The translations under genes and the position numbers were made by a program. The notes below the pieces were generated by a model. That model was not told the DNA's origin and did not search any database. It was given only the letters and a program-made list of their open reading frames with translations. Shown piece by piece: positions 47,780 to 57,538 of a stretch of 64,000 nucleotides of DNA. The stretch is from Candidatus Iainarchaeum sp. (GTDB lineage: Archaea; Iainarchaeota; Iainarchaeia; Iainarchaeales; CSSED10-239): assembly GCA_028700115.1 (NCBI GenBank), contig JAQVTI010000001.1:107798-171797 (forward strand), in the 5' to 3' direction. Position 1 is the stretch's first letter. Each line of letters begins with the position of its first letter.

Positions 47780-47856
47780 AAATAATCTTTTTTTAAAATT
47801 TTATTTTAAAAATATATATTTTATAATGTTATTAAAAATAATAAATATCTTTAAAA

Positions 47857-48234
47857 TTATTTAGAAAATTCTTTTTTAAAAGGTTTTTTATATGAAAAAT
47901 CTTTAAAAATATTATAATCATTAGAAATCTTTTTAAACAAAAGACTATAAAGACCTTTTTGTTTATAATAACTTGAAATTACAACTTCTTTTTTAAAAAA
48001 CTTATTAGAAGAAACTTTACCAATTATAAAACCTATTGCATTTGTATTTTGTTTTGCAATATAAATCACATAATTTTTATTTAAAACTAAATCTTCTAAA
48101 TCTTTTTTAACTTTTGGAATACTTTTTGTAATATCTATTCCTGGAAATTTAATTTTTAAAAAATCAGAAATATATGAATCTTTTAAAAAAATAATATTTT
48201 TAGAATAAATTTTAGAATAAATTATATTGTTCAT
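47857..48234 (-). CDS. GNAT-family acetyltransferase-like protein (short)
   Basis: AIGFIIG ... QKGLYSLLF resembles GNAT motif A (Q/RxxGxG/A). 125 aa, possibly truncated. Confidence 0.35.
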   Translation of the reverse strand: MNNIIYSKIYSKNIIFLKDSYISDFLKIKFPGIDITKSIPKVKKDLEDLVLNKNYVIYIAKQNTNAIGFIIGKVSSNKFFKKEVVISSYYKQKGLYSLLFKKISNDYNIFKDFSYKKPFKKEFSK

Positions 48235-48257
48235 ATTAATATATACTTTACAAAATA

Positions 48258-50402
48258 TTAAAAACTATCCTGTTCAATAGGTTTTAATAAACCTATTTTT
48301 GGTTCATAAACATCTCCAATTTTTTTAAGTTTAGAAATTGCTTCTAAAACCTTATCTCTATTATGTCCTTCTTTTTCAGCAAAATCTAAAACTTCCTTTG
48401 TAGGAATTGGATTTCCATTTTCACAAAGATCTTTTATATATCTTAAAACAGTTTTTACAAGATTTCTTTCAGATTGAGATTGACCTGTTGCTAAAATATC
48501 AATATCTATTTTTCCAGTTTCAACATCTAAAGCAGTTTGTTCTAAAGAAGTTTTAAAAATTCTAATTGCTCTTTGAGCATCATCTGGGTCAATTATTTTT
48601 TTTAATTTTATTTTTGCACTAGCTTCAGATAATCTAATTAATCCTTCTAACTGTCTTGGAGTTGCTGCAAAACTTTTTTGTTTTCGCCCAAGATCTCTTA
48701 AACTAATATAATAATCTAAAATAATTTTTGAAGCTTCAGCAGAAAGAATAGGTTTTATGTTCTGTCTTGAATAAGCAACATATTTTTTATAAAGTAAAGG
48801 ATCTATTTCTGGAAGAATATTTCTATTTGCTTCATCATATTCTTCTTTATCTATAGAATTATCATTTGTTGAAAGTTTTTGTGCAAAAGTTTGTGTATTT
48901 AAAATATGCTTTGCAATACTTATATCTTGATCTCTTTTTAAATTATCAGGAATAACAAAATATAAATCAAATCTTGAAATTAAAGAAAAAGGAAGATCTA
49001 TTTGTTCAATTGGATTTTTAAAAGGATCAAATCTATTATATTTAGGATTTGCAGCAGCAAGAATAGAACAATCTGCTTTAAATTTACTATATAATCCAGC
49101 TTTTGAAACAGAAACAGTAGATTGAGCCATTGCTTCATGAAGAGAACTTTTATCTTCAGGACTTATTTTATCAAATTCATCAATTAATGCAATCCCACCA
49201 CTTGCTAAAATAACAGCACCAGCCTTTAAAGTCCAACCACCTTCTCCAAATTCATCTTTTACTGCTGAAACTGTAAGCCCTGCTCCTGAAACTGTTTTTC
49301 CTGCAACATAAACAGATTTTGGTGCTAAAATATTTGTATATTCTAAAAGTTTAGATTTTCCTGTAGATGGATCACCAACTAAAAGAATATGAATATTCCC
49401 TCTTAATTTTTGTTTAGCTGCTTCTTTTTTAACACCACCAAACATTTGAAGAGTAATTGCTTCTTTTACAACTTCATGACCCCAAATATTAGGGGCAATA
49501 GATCTTGCTAAAACATCATAAATATCATTTTTTTTAGAAAGTTCTAAAATTTGTGTTTCTTCTTCAGGATCAATGGTTAATTCATCATATTCTTGATCTA
49601 TTTTTTCAATATGATTTGCAACAATATATTTCCCATAAATATTCATATCTCCTTTTGGAGGTCTTAATTTTAAAACACCAGTAACTAAAATTTTATCTCC
49701 TGCAGAACATTTATTAACAAGATCTTGAGAAAGATAAACATCTATATTACTTGCTTGATCAGAACCTTTTAAACTTTCTAAAGGCTCTTGCATTTGAATT
49801 TTTTGATAATCTATAAAAGCAGATTGCTCTAAATCAATATCAAATTCTCTAGACTTACACTCCCTACATAAAACAGGTTTTGAAAGCTGTTGGGATTTTT
49901 GTTCGATATCAATTGCAGTACCACATTTTCTACAAACAAAATGAGCTGTAGTTAATTTTTCTAATCTTTCAGTAATTAATCTAATTGTTCCTTCTGCAGA
50001 AATTAATTTTGTTAAATGATCAGAACCAATATCTCTTATTGAAACCCTATATTCTTTTGGAAGATTATAAAATCTAATAATAGGTTCAAACTTTTCTTCA
50101 ATTTCAGAATCTAAAATTCCAATATCTATTTTTTTAATTGCAGCATTTGCTGCTTCAATTATAATTTGAGGATTATCTATTAATCTTTCAGAAATATTTA
50201 AATCAAATTCTTCTAATTTTTTATAATCTATATCAAGACTTATTTTTTTAGGATAATTAGAAGCAAGAAACTCAATTTCTCTTTTATATATATCATCAAA
50301 AAATTCTTGCAAAATATCTATATAACTATCAATTGCTAAATCTTTTGGCTTTCCAGTATTTGTATCTTCAAGAGAATCAAATTCTTTATCTAAATCAATC
50401 AT
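48258..50402 (-). CDS. mcm: MCM replicative helicase
   Basis: Zn finger CRKCG...CRECKS. Walker A GDPSTGKS, Walker B IDEFDK, arginine finger SRFDL. No intein. Confidence 0.9.
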   Translation of the reverse strand: MIDLDKEFDSLEDTNTGKPKDLAIDSYIDILQEFFDDIYKREIEFLASNYPKKISLDIDYKKLEEFDLNISERLIDNPQIIIEAANAAIKKIDIGILDSEIEEKFEPIIRFYNLPKEYRVSIRDIGSDHLTKLISAEGTIRLITERLEKLTTAHFVCRKCGTAIDIEQKSQQLSKPVLCRECKSREFDIDLEQSAFIDYQKIQMQEPLESLKGSDQASNIDVYLSQDLVNKCSAGDKILVTGVLKLRPPKGDMNIYGKYIVANHIEKIDQEYDELTIDPEEETQILELSKKNDIYDVLARSIAPNIWGHEVVKEAITLQMFGGVKKEAAKQKLRGNIHILLVGDPSTGKSKLLEYTNILAPKSVYVAGKTVSGAGLTVSAVKDEFGEGGWTLKAGAVILASGGIALIDEFDKISPEDKSSLHEAMAQSTVSVSKAGLYSKFKADCSILAAANPKYNRFDPFKNPIEQIDLPFSLISRFDLYFVIPDNLKRDQDISIAKHILNTQTFAQKLSTNDNSIDKEEYDEANRNILPEIDPLLYKKYVAYSRQNIKPILSAEASKIILDYYISLRDLGRKQKSFAATPRQLEGLIRLSEASAKIKLKKIIDPDDAQRAIRIFKTSLEQTALDVETGKIDIDILATGQSQSERNLVKTVLRYIKDLCENGNPIPTKEVLDFAEKEGHNRDKVLEAISKLKKIGDVYEPKIGLLKPIEQDSF

Positions 50403-50727
50403 TTATAAAAACCTCAAAAATATTATATATAAAATATTTATAAACATAAATAAAGGGTATGTGACCAAAACCTAAATTTACAAAAAATATAAATATATAA
50501 ATTTTATTAAAATTTTCTATATATTACAAATTTTAAAAAAATCCTTAAAAAAACCTATTTTTAAAAATAGGTTTTTATTAAAGAAAGTTTTATAGTTGTA
50601 TAAAAATAAATATTACAAATCTTATATATTATTATTTAGTTTGGAAAAAATAAAAAAAAACATATAAAATAAGGAAATAATACAAGAAGTATAGAGGTAA
50701 AATAAAAAAAAATAAAAAAAATACAAA

Positions 50728-51069
50728 TTAATTTACATAATAATTATATAAATAATTTGCAGCACCTTGACAACTTGCTTGACAAGCTTGCATATTATAA
50801 TTACAACTAGATACTGATGATCCACTATCTATACATATTTCAAAATTATCCTTACAACCATTAATACACCAATTATAAAAAGCACTATTATATGGAGATT
50901 CTTCATCTAAAGAAAATGGATTTGCAATAGATATAGGTTGTGAAATAATATTGTTTGCAGAACCAGATATTGTTAAATCATTTATTAAAAAACCAACAAT
51001 TATTCCAATAACTAAAGCAATAATTACTAAAAGACTTAACTTTAAATTATTTTTCATAAAACTAAACAC
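50728..51069 (-). CDS. small secreted/membrane-anchored Cys-rich protein (10 Cys in 60 aa)
   Basis: N-terminal hydrophobic segment LSLLVIIALVIGIIVGFLI, then NWCINGCKDNFEICIDSGSSVSSCNYNMQACQASCQG. Confidence 0.4.
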   Translation of the reverse strand: MFSFMKNNLKLSLLVIIALVIGIIVGFLINDLTISGSANNIISQPISIANPFSLDEESPYNSAFYNWCINGCKDNFEICIDSGSSVSSCNYNMQACQASCQGAANYLYNYYVN

Positions 51070-51148
51070 CTCATAAACAAATATTTTAAAATATTTAATA
51101 ATATATATTATAAAAGATAATGTTTATAAAACAAATTAATATATAAAA

Positions 51149-52480
51149 CTAAACAAAATCAATAGAATTTGCAAGTAATTCTATTTCTGAAGAAAAACCA
51201 TTAAGTTTAGCTCTTCCTTTAATTTTTATTCTTTTACCTAAAAGATCATCTTCAAGCTTAGAAAAAATATTTTCTTTTTCTTCTTCAGAAAATTCTTTTA
51301 TAAAATCTTCTTTTTTAATATTAAATATTTTTTCAACAACTTCTTTAAAGAAAACAACCTTTAAAATACCAGTACCATCATCTACATCAATAGATGCAAA
51401 AAGATTAACTTCAGGATTATCAACTTCTTTATTACATTTTTCACAAATAAATGATTCATTTATTAATTGTATTTTTTCTTTACAATCAGGACATTTAAAA
51501 TATCTTAATTTATTTCTATTTACAGAAACAATAGTAGCTTCAATTTCATAATTTTTAGAATCTTCTAAAGAAGAAATTGTTGAATTTTCATAACTTTGAG
51601 AAAAAGCATCTATTAATTGCTCTAAAGAAGGAATATTTAAATTATTTTTTGGATTTTTAAAAATTGTAGAATTCCAATTAATATTTATTTCAAAATCATA
51701 TAAACCTTCTCTTACATTTACATCTGTTAATTTTACAATATCTCCTCTTTTATAATCTTTTTCAAAAGTATGTGCTAATTGATCCCAAGCAGTACACTTT
51801 ATAGACTTTATTCCATCAGAAATTTCAAAATTTAAAACAAATCTTTTTTTTTGATTTTTATCTTCAAATTCTCTAATAGGATAAATAGCTATAATTCTTC
51901 CAATAGTTTCAATTAATTTATCAGTTAAATCAATTTCAGAAACTTTTATAAAAATATTTTCAATAGGTTTAATATCAGGAGCATTTTCTGGAAGAATAAT
52001 GCTTCCTCCATATCTTAAAGCAAGTTCTTTATTATCATTATAAGTTGTAACATATGCATCTTTTATTAAAACTAAAGAATTTTTTTCTAAATTTAAAGAA
52101 TCTATTAAATCTACTTTTTCATTAAAAAGATTTAATTTAATTTCACCAGTATCATCTTGTAAAAAAACATTTTGAATTTTCCCAAGAGAACCATCCTTTG
52201 CATTATATGTTTTAAAAGGTGGGATAGATTTTACTCTAGCATATAAACTAACCCCATCTTGAGAAGAAGAAATTTCTGAAATTTTATATATAGAAGAAGT
52301 AGATTTTATATCTAAATCTACATTATATTGCTTTGCAAGCATTATATTTGCACCAACATCAGAAAGTAGACCTTGATATTTATCTTTTATTTTATTTATT
52401 TCTTCTAAAAGCTCTTCATCAGTTTTCTTAGTTTCAACTTTTATTTTTTTAAAAATATCTTCAGCATTATTTAATTGCAT
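51149..52480 (-). CDS. rpa: replication protein A (RPA)-like ssDNA-binding protein with OB folds and C4 Zn ribbon
   Basis: OB-fold-like N-terminal region (ARVKSIPPFKTYNAKDGSLGKIQNVFLQDDTGEIKLNLF). Zn ribbon CPDCKEKI...CEKCNKEV. Confidence 0.6.
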   Translation of the reverse strand: MQLNNAEDIFKKIKVETKKTDEELLEEINKIKDKYQGLLSDVGANIMLAKQYNVDLDIKSTSSIYKISEISSSQDGVSLYARVKSIPPFKTYNAKDGSLGKIQNVFLQDDTGEIKLNLFNEKVDLIDSLNLEKNSLVLIKDAYVTTYNDNKELALRYGGSIILPENAPDIKPIENIFIKVSEIDLTDKLIETIGRIIAIYPIREFEDKNQKKRFVLNFEISDGIKSIKCTAWDQLAHTFEKDYKRGDIVKLTDVNVREGLYDFEININWNSTIFKNPKNNLNIPSLEQLIDAFSQSYENSTISSLEDSKNYEIEATIVSVNRNKLRYFKCPDCKEKIQLINESFICEKCNKEVDNPEVNLFASIDVDDGTGILKVVFFKEVVEKIFNIKKEDFIKEFSEEEKENIFSKLEDDLLGKRIKIKGRAKLNGFSSEIELLANSIDFV

Positions 52481-52710
52481 AATTTAAAACCATTTTTATT
52501 TTTTTAATTTTTTATAAAAATTTTAAAAAAATTATAATATAAATATATATTAATAAAGAAAATATTAATAAAAGGGTAAGAATATAAAATAATACAAAAA
52601 ATAAAACCAATTTAAAAATATTAAAATAAATATAATTATAAATATATTAGACTAAATATATTAAATAAAATATATTTTAGAAAATAAAAATTTATAAAAA
52701 GTGTAAAAAA

Positions 52711-55020
52711 ATGAAGATAGGAAAATATACTGTTGGAAACTACATAGTTACTCAAGAAGGAAATAAAAAAAAATTAGTTTTTGACTGTAGAAACTGTCCA
52801 TATAATACATCAATTGCAGAAGATGCAAGATGTAGATACCATGTTTTAAAAACATTAGAAACAATAGATGCAGATGAAATAATATTAGCAGAAGTATATG
52901 AAAGAAGCTATGATAAAATACAAACAAAATTTTTAAAAGAAATGGTAAATCTTGGGATGGATTTTGAAAATAAAGCTGTTTGGGTTTCAGAACATTTAAA
53001 TATTAATGATATTGATTGCGATCAATGTTACCCACAAAGACATAATAATATTTTAAAATTTGCAAGAGAACTAATCTCATATGACCCAATAGCATCATAT
53101 ATAACTTTATTAAAAGAAATAGAAAACAATAAAACAAGAGAAGAAGACTCAAAAGGAAAAGAATGCGAAAAATGCTTTACTGCAAATATAAATCATTTAT
53201 TAAATTTAAAAAAACAATATGAAAAAACTGAGTTTATTAGAAGAATCAAACCAATTTTAGTAAAAAGCAAAGATCTTTCTGACTTAACAGATATTTATAG
53301 AACCATTTTTGAAGTAGAAATAAAACCATCTTTTATTGGATCTAAAATATCTTTTGAAAATATGGATAAATTAGAACTAATAGACGAATACCAAGTATTA
53401 AACACAAATGTACAAATATTTAAACATCCAGAAAAAATAGAATATATGTATATGATTAACCCCCCAGAGTACACACTTTCTCCAGACCATTATTTTGTAC
53501 TTACAAAAACAAAAGAAACTGTTGCAAACTATGCTCCTGGAACAGTTACTCTTACAACAGGGGATTCAACTAGAAAATACTTTCAAAGAATATATCAAAG
53601 CACAATAACAGATATTGCACGAAAATTTGCAATAAACATAAATGCAGAAGACATTTTTGCACTTTCTGAAATAGTTACAAGATATACAATTGGATATGGA
53701 ATTTTAGAATTACTACTTTCAGACAGACAAGTAACAGATGTTTATCTAGACTCACCACTTGGTTCAAAACCAATCTATTTAGTTCACTCTAAATATGGAC
53801 AATGCCAAACAAACATACAATACCCAGAAAGCGATGCTGAAAGCTTTATTGGAAAAATTAGAGCAATGTCTGGAAGACCATTTGATGATGCACATCCAAT
53901 TTTAGACTTTGATTTACCAGATCTTAACACAAGAATTGCAATTATTGGAAGACCTCTTGCAACTGATGGGATTGCATTTGCATTCAGACTTCATAAAGAC
54001 ACTCCTTGGACTCTACCACAGTTAATAAATGTAAAATCACTTAACTCACTTGCAGCAGGTATGCTTTCATTTTTTATAGATAATAATTCAACTATGCTAA
54101 TTGCAGGATCACGTGGTGCAGGAAAAACTTCTTTAATGACTTCTTTAATGCTTGAGATTCTACAAAACAGTAGAATCATAGTTCAAGAAGACACATTAGA
54201 ACTTCCTGTAATGTACATGAAAGATATTGGGTTTAATGCCCAAAGACTAAAAACAAGATCTGCAATTGGTGGAACAGGAGATCTAGCAACATCTGAAGTT
54301 AAACCAGAAGATGCTCTAAGAACAGCTTTAAGACTTGGTGACTCTGCTTTAATTGTTGGGGAAGTTAGAAGTGTTGAGGCTAAAGTTTTATATGAAGCCA
54401 TGAGAATTGGTGCAGCTGGAAATGTTGTTATGGGAACAATACATGCTGATTCAGCTTATGCAGTTTGGGATAGAGTTGTAAATGATCTAGAAGTTCCAAC
54501 AACTTCTTTTAAGGCAACTGATATTGTAGTTGTTGCAAAGCCTATAAGATTTAAAGGATCTTTAAAAAACCATAGAAGAGTAGTTCAAATCACAGAAGTT
54601 AGAAAGCATTGGAATAATGATCCAGATGCAGAAGGCGGACTTTTAAACTTAATGGAATATGATGCTTCAAAAGATACACTTGTTTTAAATGAAGATGCTC
54701 TAAAAGACTCTGAGATGTTTACAAAGATAAGTAAACTTTCTGGTATGAAGATAGAAGAGATTTGGGAGAACATTAACTTAAGGTCAAAAGAGAAACAGTT
54801 CCAAGTAGATTTTGCAAAAGAAAAAGATGTGATTGAAATTTTAGAGGCAGAACACACTGTTTTTGCACACAACAAGCTTCTTATCATGAAAGAAGAATAT
54901 TTGGAGTATTATAATGATAAGCTAGATTATAATGATTTATACGAAAAATGGAAAAAATGGTATACAGAAAGCTTTGCTCCAAGAGTAATTAAAAGAATAA
55001 AAGATAATAGAATTGAATAA
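52711..55020 (+). CDS. FlaI/VirB11/TadA-family secretion ATPase (type IV pilus/archaellum assembly) with about 250 aa Cys-rich N-terminal extension
   Basis: Walker A GSRGAGKTS. Asp/Glu box IIVQEDTLEL. His box region TIHADSAY. N-terminal CRNCPYN...CRYH, CDQCYPQRH and CEKCF suggest a Zn-binding module. Confidence 0.65.
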   Translation: MKIGKYTVGNYIVTQEGNKKKLVFDCRNCPYNTSIAEDARCRYHVLKTLETIDADEIILAEVYERSYDKIQTKFLKEMVNLGMDFENKAVWVSEHLNINDIDCDQCYPQRHNNILKFARELISYDPIASYITLLKEIENNKTREEDSKGKECEKCFTANINHLLNLKKQYEKTEFIRRIKPILVKSKDLSDLTDIYRTIFEVEIKPSFIGSKISFENMDKLELIDEYQVLNTNVQIFKHPEKIEYMYMINPPEYTLSPDHYFVLTKTKETVANYAPGTVTLTTGDSTRKYFQRIYQSTITDIARKFAININAEDIFALSEIVTRYTIGYGILELLLSDRQVTDVYLDSPLGSKPIYLVHSKYGQCQTNIQYPESDAESFIGKIRAMSGRPFDDAHPILDFDLPDLNTRIAIIGRPLATDGIAFAFRLHKDTPWTLPQLINVKSLNSLAAGMLSFFIDNNSTMLIAGSRGAGKTSLMTSLMLEILQNSRIIVQEDTLELPVMYMKDIGFNAQRLKTRSAIGGTGDLATSEVKPEDALRTALRLGDSALIVGEVRSVEAKVLYEAMRIGAAGNVVMGTIHADSAYAVWDRVVNDLEVPTTSFKATDIVVVAKPIRFKGSLKNHRRVVQITEVRKHWNNDPDAEGGLLNLMEYDASKDTLVLNEDALKDSEMFTKISKLSGMKIEEIWENINLRSKEKQFQVDFAKEKDVIEILEAEHTVFAHNKLLIMKEEYLEYYNDKLDYNDLYEKWKKWYTESFAPRVIKRIKDNRIE

Positions 55021-55021
55021 A

Positions 55022-55222
55022 TTATTCTATTATCTTCCATTGTCCTTTTTTTGTAGAACCAATTCTCTTTAATTTACCTTTTTCTTTTAATTTAGATATA
55101 TTCCACTCAACACCCCTAACAGATAATCCAACTTTTAAAGATAATTCTTTTACAGTAATATTAGGATTTTTCTTAATTAATAAAATTATTTTATCCACAG
55201 TTTCTTCCACAGTCTCTTCCAC
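55022..55222 (-). CDS. small winged-helix DNA-binding protein
   Basis: ITVKELSLKVGLSVRGVEWNISKLKEKGKLKRI HTH/wing. N-terminus encoded by a 12-bp tandem repeat (EETVEETV). Confidence 0.45.
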   Translation of the reverse strand: MEETVEETVDKIILLIKKNPNITVKELSLKVGLSVRGVEWNISKLKEKGKLKRIGSTKKGQWKIIE

Positions 55223-55377
55223 AGTCTCTTCAAAAATTATTTAAAAACAAATAAAATATATATAATTTTCTAAAAGTCAACTAATTAATTAGCAAACTAA
55301 TTAAATAATATAGAATAATTTATAAATATAATAAACAATATTAATATATTATTTAAAAAAACAAAACAAGAGAAAAC

Positions 55378-56004
55378 ATGAAATTATTTAATAGAGTTAG
55401 AAAACCTAAAAGAGAGACACCTCATAAGATAATAGAAAAAACATATAAAATAAATGAACTTGAAGCAGCTTTTACAAAAGAGAAAGGCAAAAACTCAAAA
55501 TTAAAAGAAATAAATGCAGTTAGAAGAAAAGATTCAGGTAAATTTGTTTTAGGAGATATTAAAGATAAATTTTACCACACACATATTCTAGATAGTCTAA
55601 AAGAAAGAAATAAATTAATACCTAGTCCAGAAGACATAGTTACATCTAGTTTACTTAAAAGATATAAGAATGTAAAAAACAATGGTGTTTTTCTAATACA
55701 CAAAGGTAAAGAAATTGGAAAAATACATTTTAGATTAAGTGATAAATTTATTAAAGATATTAGAGAAGGAACAGAGAGAGCAAGTAAGACTAATAAAGAT
55801 ATTAATAAGGTTGATTTTTTTAATGCATTTCTAAAACTAAGAATAAGTAATATTTATTCTTTTAATATTTTAAAAGATAAAATGACTTTAGAAAAACAAG
55901 TTAAGATAATTAATGAACTTAAAAAAGAAGGTATACAAATAAAATATAAAGCAATGCCTGGATATAAGTTTAATGAAAAAACTATGCTTTTTGAAAAAGC
56001 ATAA
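55378..56004 (+). CDS. hypothetical basic protein
   Basis: ORF only. Its last 7 codons lie inside the left copy of a 53-bp direct repeat. Confidence 0.3.
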   Translation: MKLFNRVRKPKRETPHKIIEKTYKINELEAAFTKEKGKNSKLKEINAVRRKDSGKFVLGDIKDKFYHTHILDSLKERNKLIPSPEDIVTSSLLKRYKNVKNNGVFLIHKGKEIGKIHFRLSDKFIKDIREGTERASKTNKDINKVDFFNAFLKLRISNIYSFNILKDKMTLEKQVKIINELKKEGIQIKYKAMPGYKFNEKTMLFEKA

Positions 56005-56028
56005 AACTAATTTTATTTTTATAAAAAA
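55976..56028. repeat. left copy of 53-bp perfect direct repeat (aaaaaactatgctttttgaaaaagcataaaactaattttatttttataaaaaa)
   Basis: Identical to 57485..57537. The pair brackets the AAA-ATPase gene. Confidence 0.9.
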
Positions 56029-57362
56029 CTTTTTGGTTTTTCTAACATAGCTAAAAACATACATACAGGTATAACTAAATTATTATTTAGATTAATATCT
56101 GCAGGTGCAACTAAATTTTTTGAAAGCATAATATATTCATCAACATCTTCTATAAAATTAGGTTTTTTAAATTTATTTCTATATTTAACTTCAATTGCTT
56201 TATTTTTAAAAACAAAATCAATTTCTTTTTGATCTACATTATAATATTTTAATTCTAAATTATAAATATTTTGTAAATGACTACCAACTGTATTTTCTAC
56301 AAGCTTACCTAAAAAAGTATCATTAAATAAAAGAGATCTACTTTCTTCAAAAGAATCTAAATTATTTGAATAGTTTAATAAAGAATGAATAATAAAAGGA
56401 TCTTTAATATAAAATTTCTTTAAAAGATCTCTTGCAGATTCTTTTATTTCAAAAATAATTAATAATTCTTTTAATTCATTTAAATATTTTTTAATAGTAT
56501 CTATAGAATAACCTGTTTTTTCACTAATAGTTGTATATTTTAAAGAACCAGTTAAAGATTCAATTAAAACTTTTAATATTTCAATAGATTTTGTTTTATC
56601 CATTTTTTCAAATATTTTTTGAATAATATCTTCATAATATTTTTCAGAAATTGAATTATTTTTAAAATAAGAGTTTATAGTTTCTGGAAAACCACCTGTT
56701 AATAAATAAATATTAAAATATTTATTAATTTCATCAAAATAAGATTCTATATTTAAAAATTTACTAAGTATATCTTCATTAGATAAATTTAAATTAATTT
56801 CAGACTTAACTAAAAGGTTATATAAACTTAAATTATCAGTTTTAGTTATATTTAAAAGAAATTGCCTAAAAGTTAAAGAAGACATAACTTTTATTTCTTC
56901 AGATCTTCCAATTAATGCTTGTTTACATTCTTCAATTTTTCTAGGATCAGAACCAGTAACTACTAAACAAATATCTTTTAATAAATTAGAATCTTTTAAA
57001 GCTTTTAAAAAGGCACAACTATTTTGTAAAGATTGAATCTCATCAAATAAAATAATTTTAATAGGATATAAATTAATTATTTTTTCCATTTGCCTAAATA
57101 GTTCTTTTTCTTTTAAATTTAATAAAATATCAAAATTAAAATAAATTACTTCCTTTGAATTAGTAGAATAAGCAATTTGTTTTAAATAAATTGTTTTTCC
57201 TACTCTTCTAGGTCCTTTAATTAAATTTATAGTCCCAGGAGTAAGATTTATAGAATCTCTAGTTATAATATATTTATTTTTAGATAAATTATCTATATCT
57301 GGATCTTTTTTTCCTGAAAACCAGGGATTTTGACTTAAAACAACATTCCAATCTAAAGGCAT
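56019..57362 (-). CDS. AAA+ ATPase of the archaeal COG1373 / DUF4143 type
   Basis: Walker A GPRRVGKT, Walker B ILFDEIQ. C-terminal DUF4143-like region. Confidence 0.6.
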   Translation of the reverse strand: MPLDWNVVLSQNPWFSGKKDPDIDNLSKNKYIITRDSINLTPGTINLIKGPRRVGKTIYLKQIAYSTNSKEVIYFNFDILLNLKEKELFRQMEKIINLYPIKIILFDEIQSLQNSCAFLKALKDSNLLKDICLVVTGSDPRKIEECKQALIGRSEEIKVMSSLTFRQFLLNITKTDNLSLYNLLVKSEINLNLSNEDILSKFLNIESYFDEINKYFNIYLLTGGFPETINSYFKNNSISEKYYEDIIQKIFEKMDKTKSIEILKVLIESLTGSLKYTTISEKTGYSIDTIKKYLNELKELLIIFEIKESARDLLKKFYIKDPFIIHSLLNYSNNLDSFEESRSLLFNDTFLGKLVENTVGSHLQNIYNLELKYYNVDQKEIDFVFKNKAIEVKYRNKFKKPNFIEDVDEYIMLSKNLVAPADINLNNNLVIPVCMFLAMLEKPKSFL

Positions 57363-57484
57363 ATATTAATTATACACCTATAAGTTTATAAATTTATCTA
57401 AAAGTCAACTAGTTAACTAGTTGAAATTATCTAAAAGTCAACTAATTAACTAATTAACTAATTAACTAATTAATTAAATAATAA

Positions 57485-57537
57485 AAAAAACTATGCTTTT
57501 TGAAAAAGCATAAAACTAATTTTATTTTTATAAAAAA
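57485..57537. repeat. right copy of 53-bp perfect direct repeat
   Basis: See left copy. Preceded by operator-like motifs at 57397..57475. Confidence 0.9.
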
Positions 57538-57538
57538 A

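Noticed and set aside
48258-50402. Intein in MCM
   Set aside because: The gene is a normal 714 aa for an archaeal MCM and contains no Hint-domain blocks. RadA (22163..23311) likewise has only a low-complexity acidic N-terminal extension, not an intein.
50403-50727. Replication origin next to MCM
   Set aside because: There is no orc1/cdc6 gene and no repeated ORB-like elements, only a single palindrome, so an origin is not supported.
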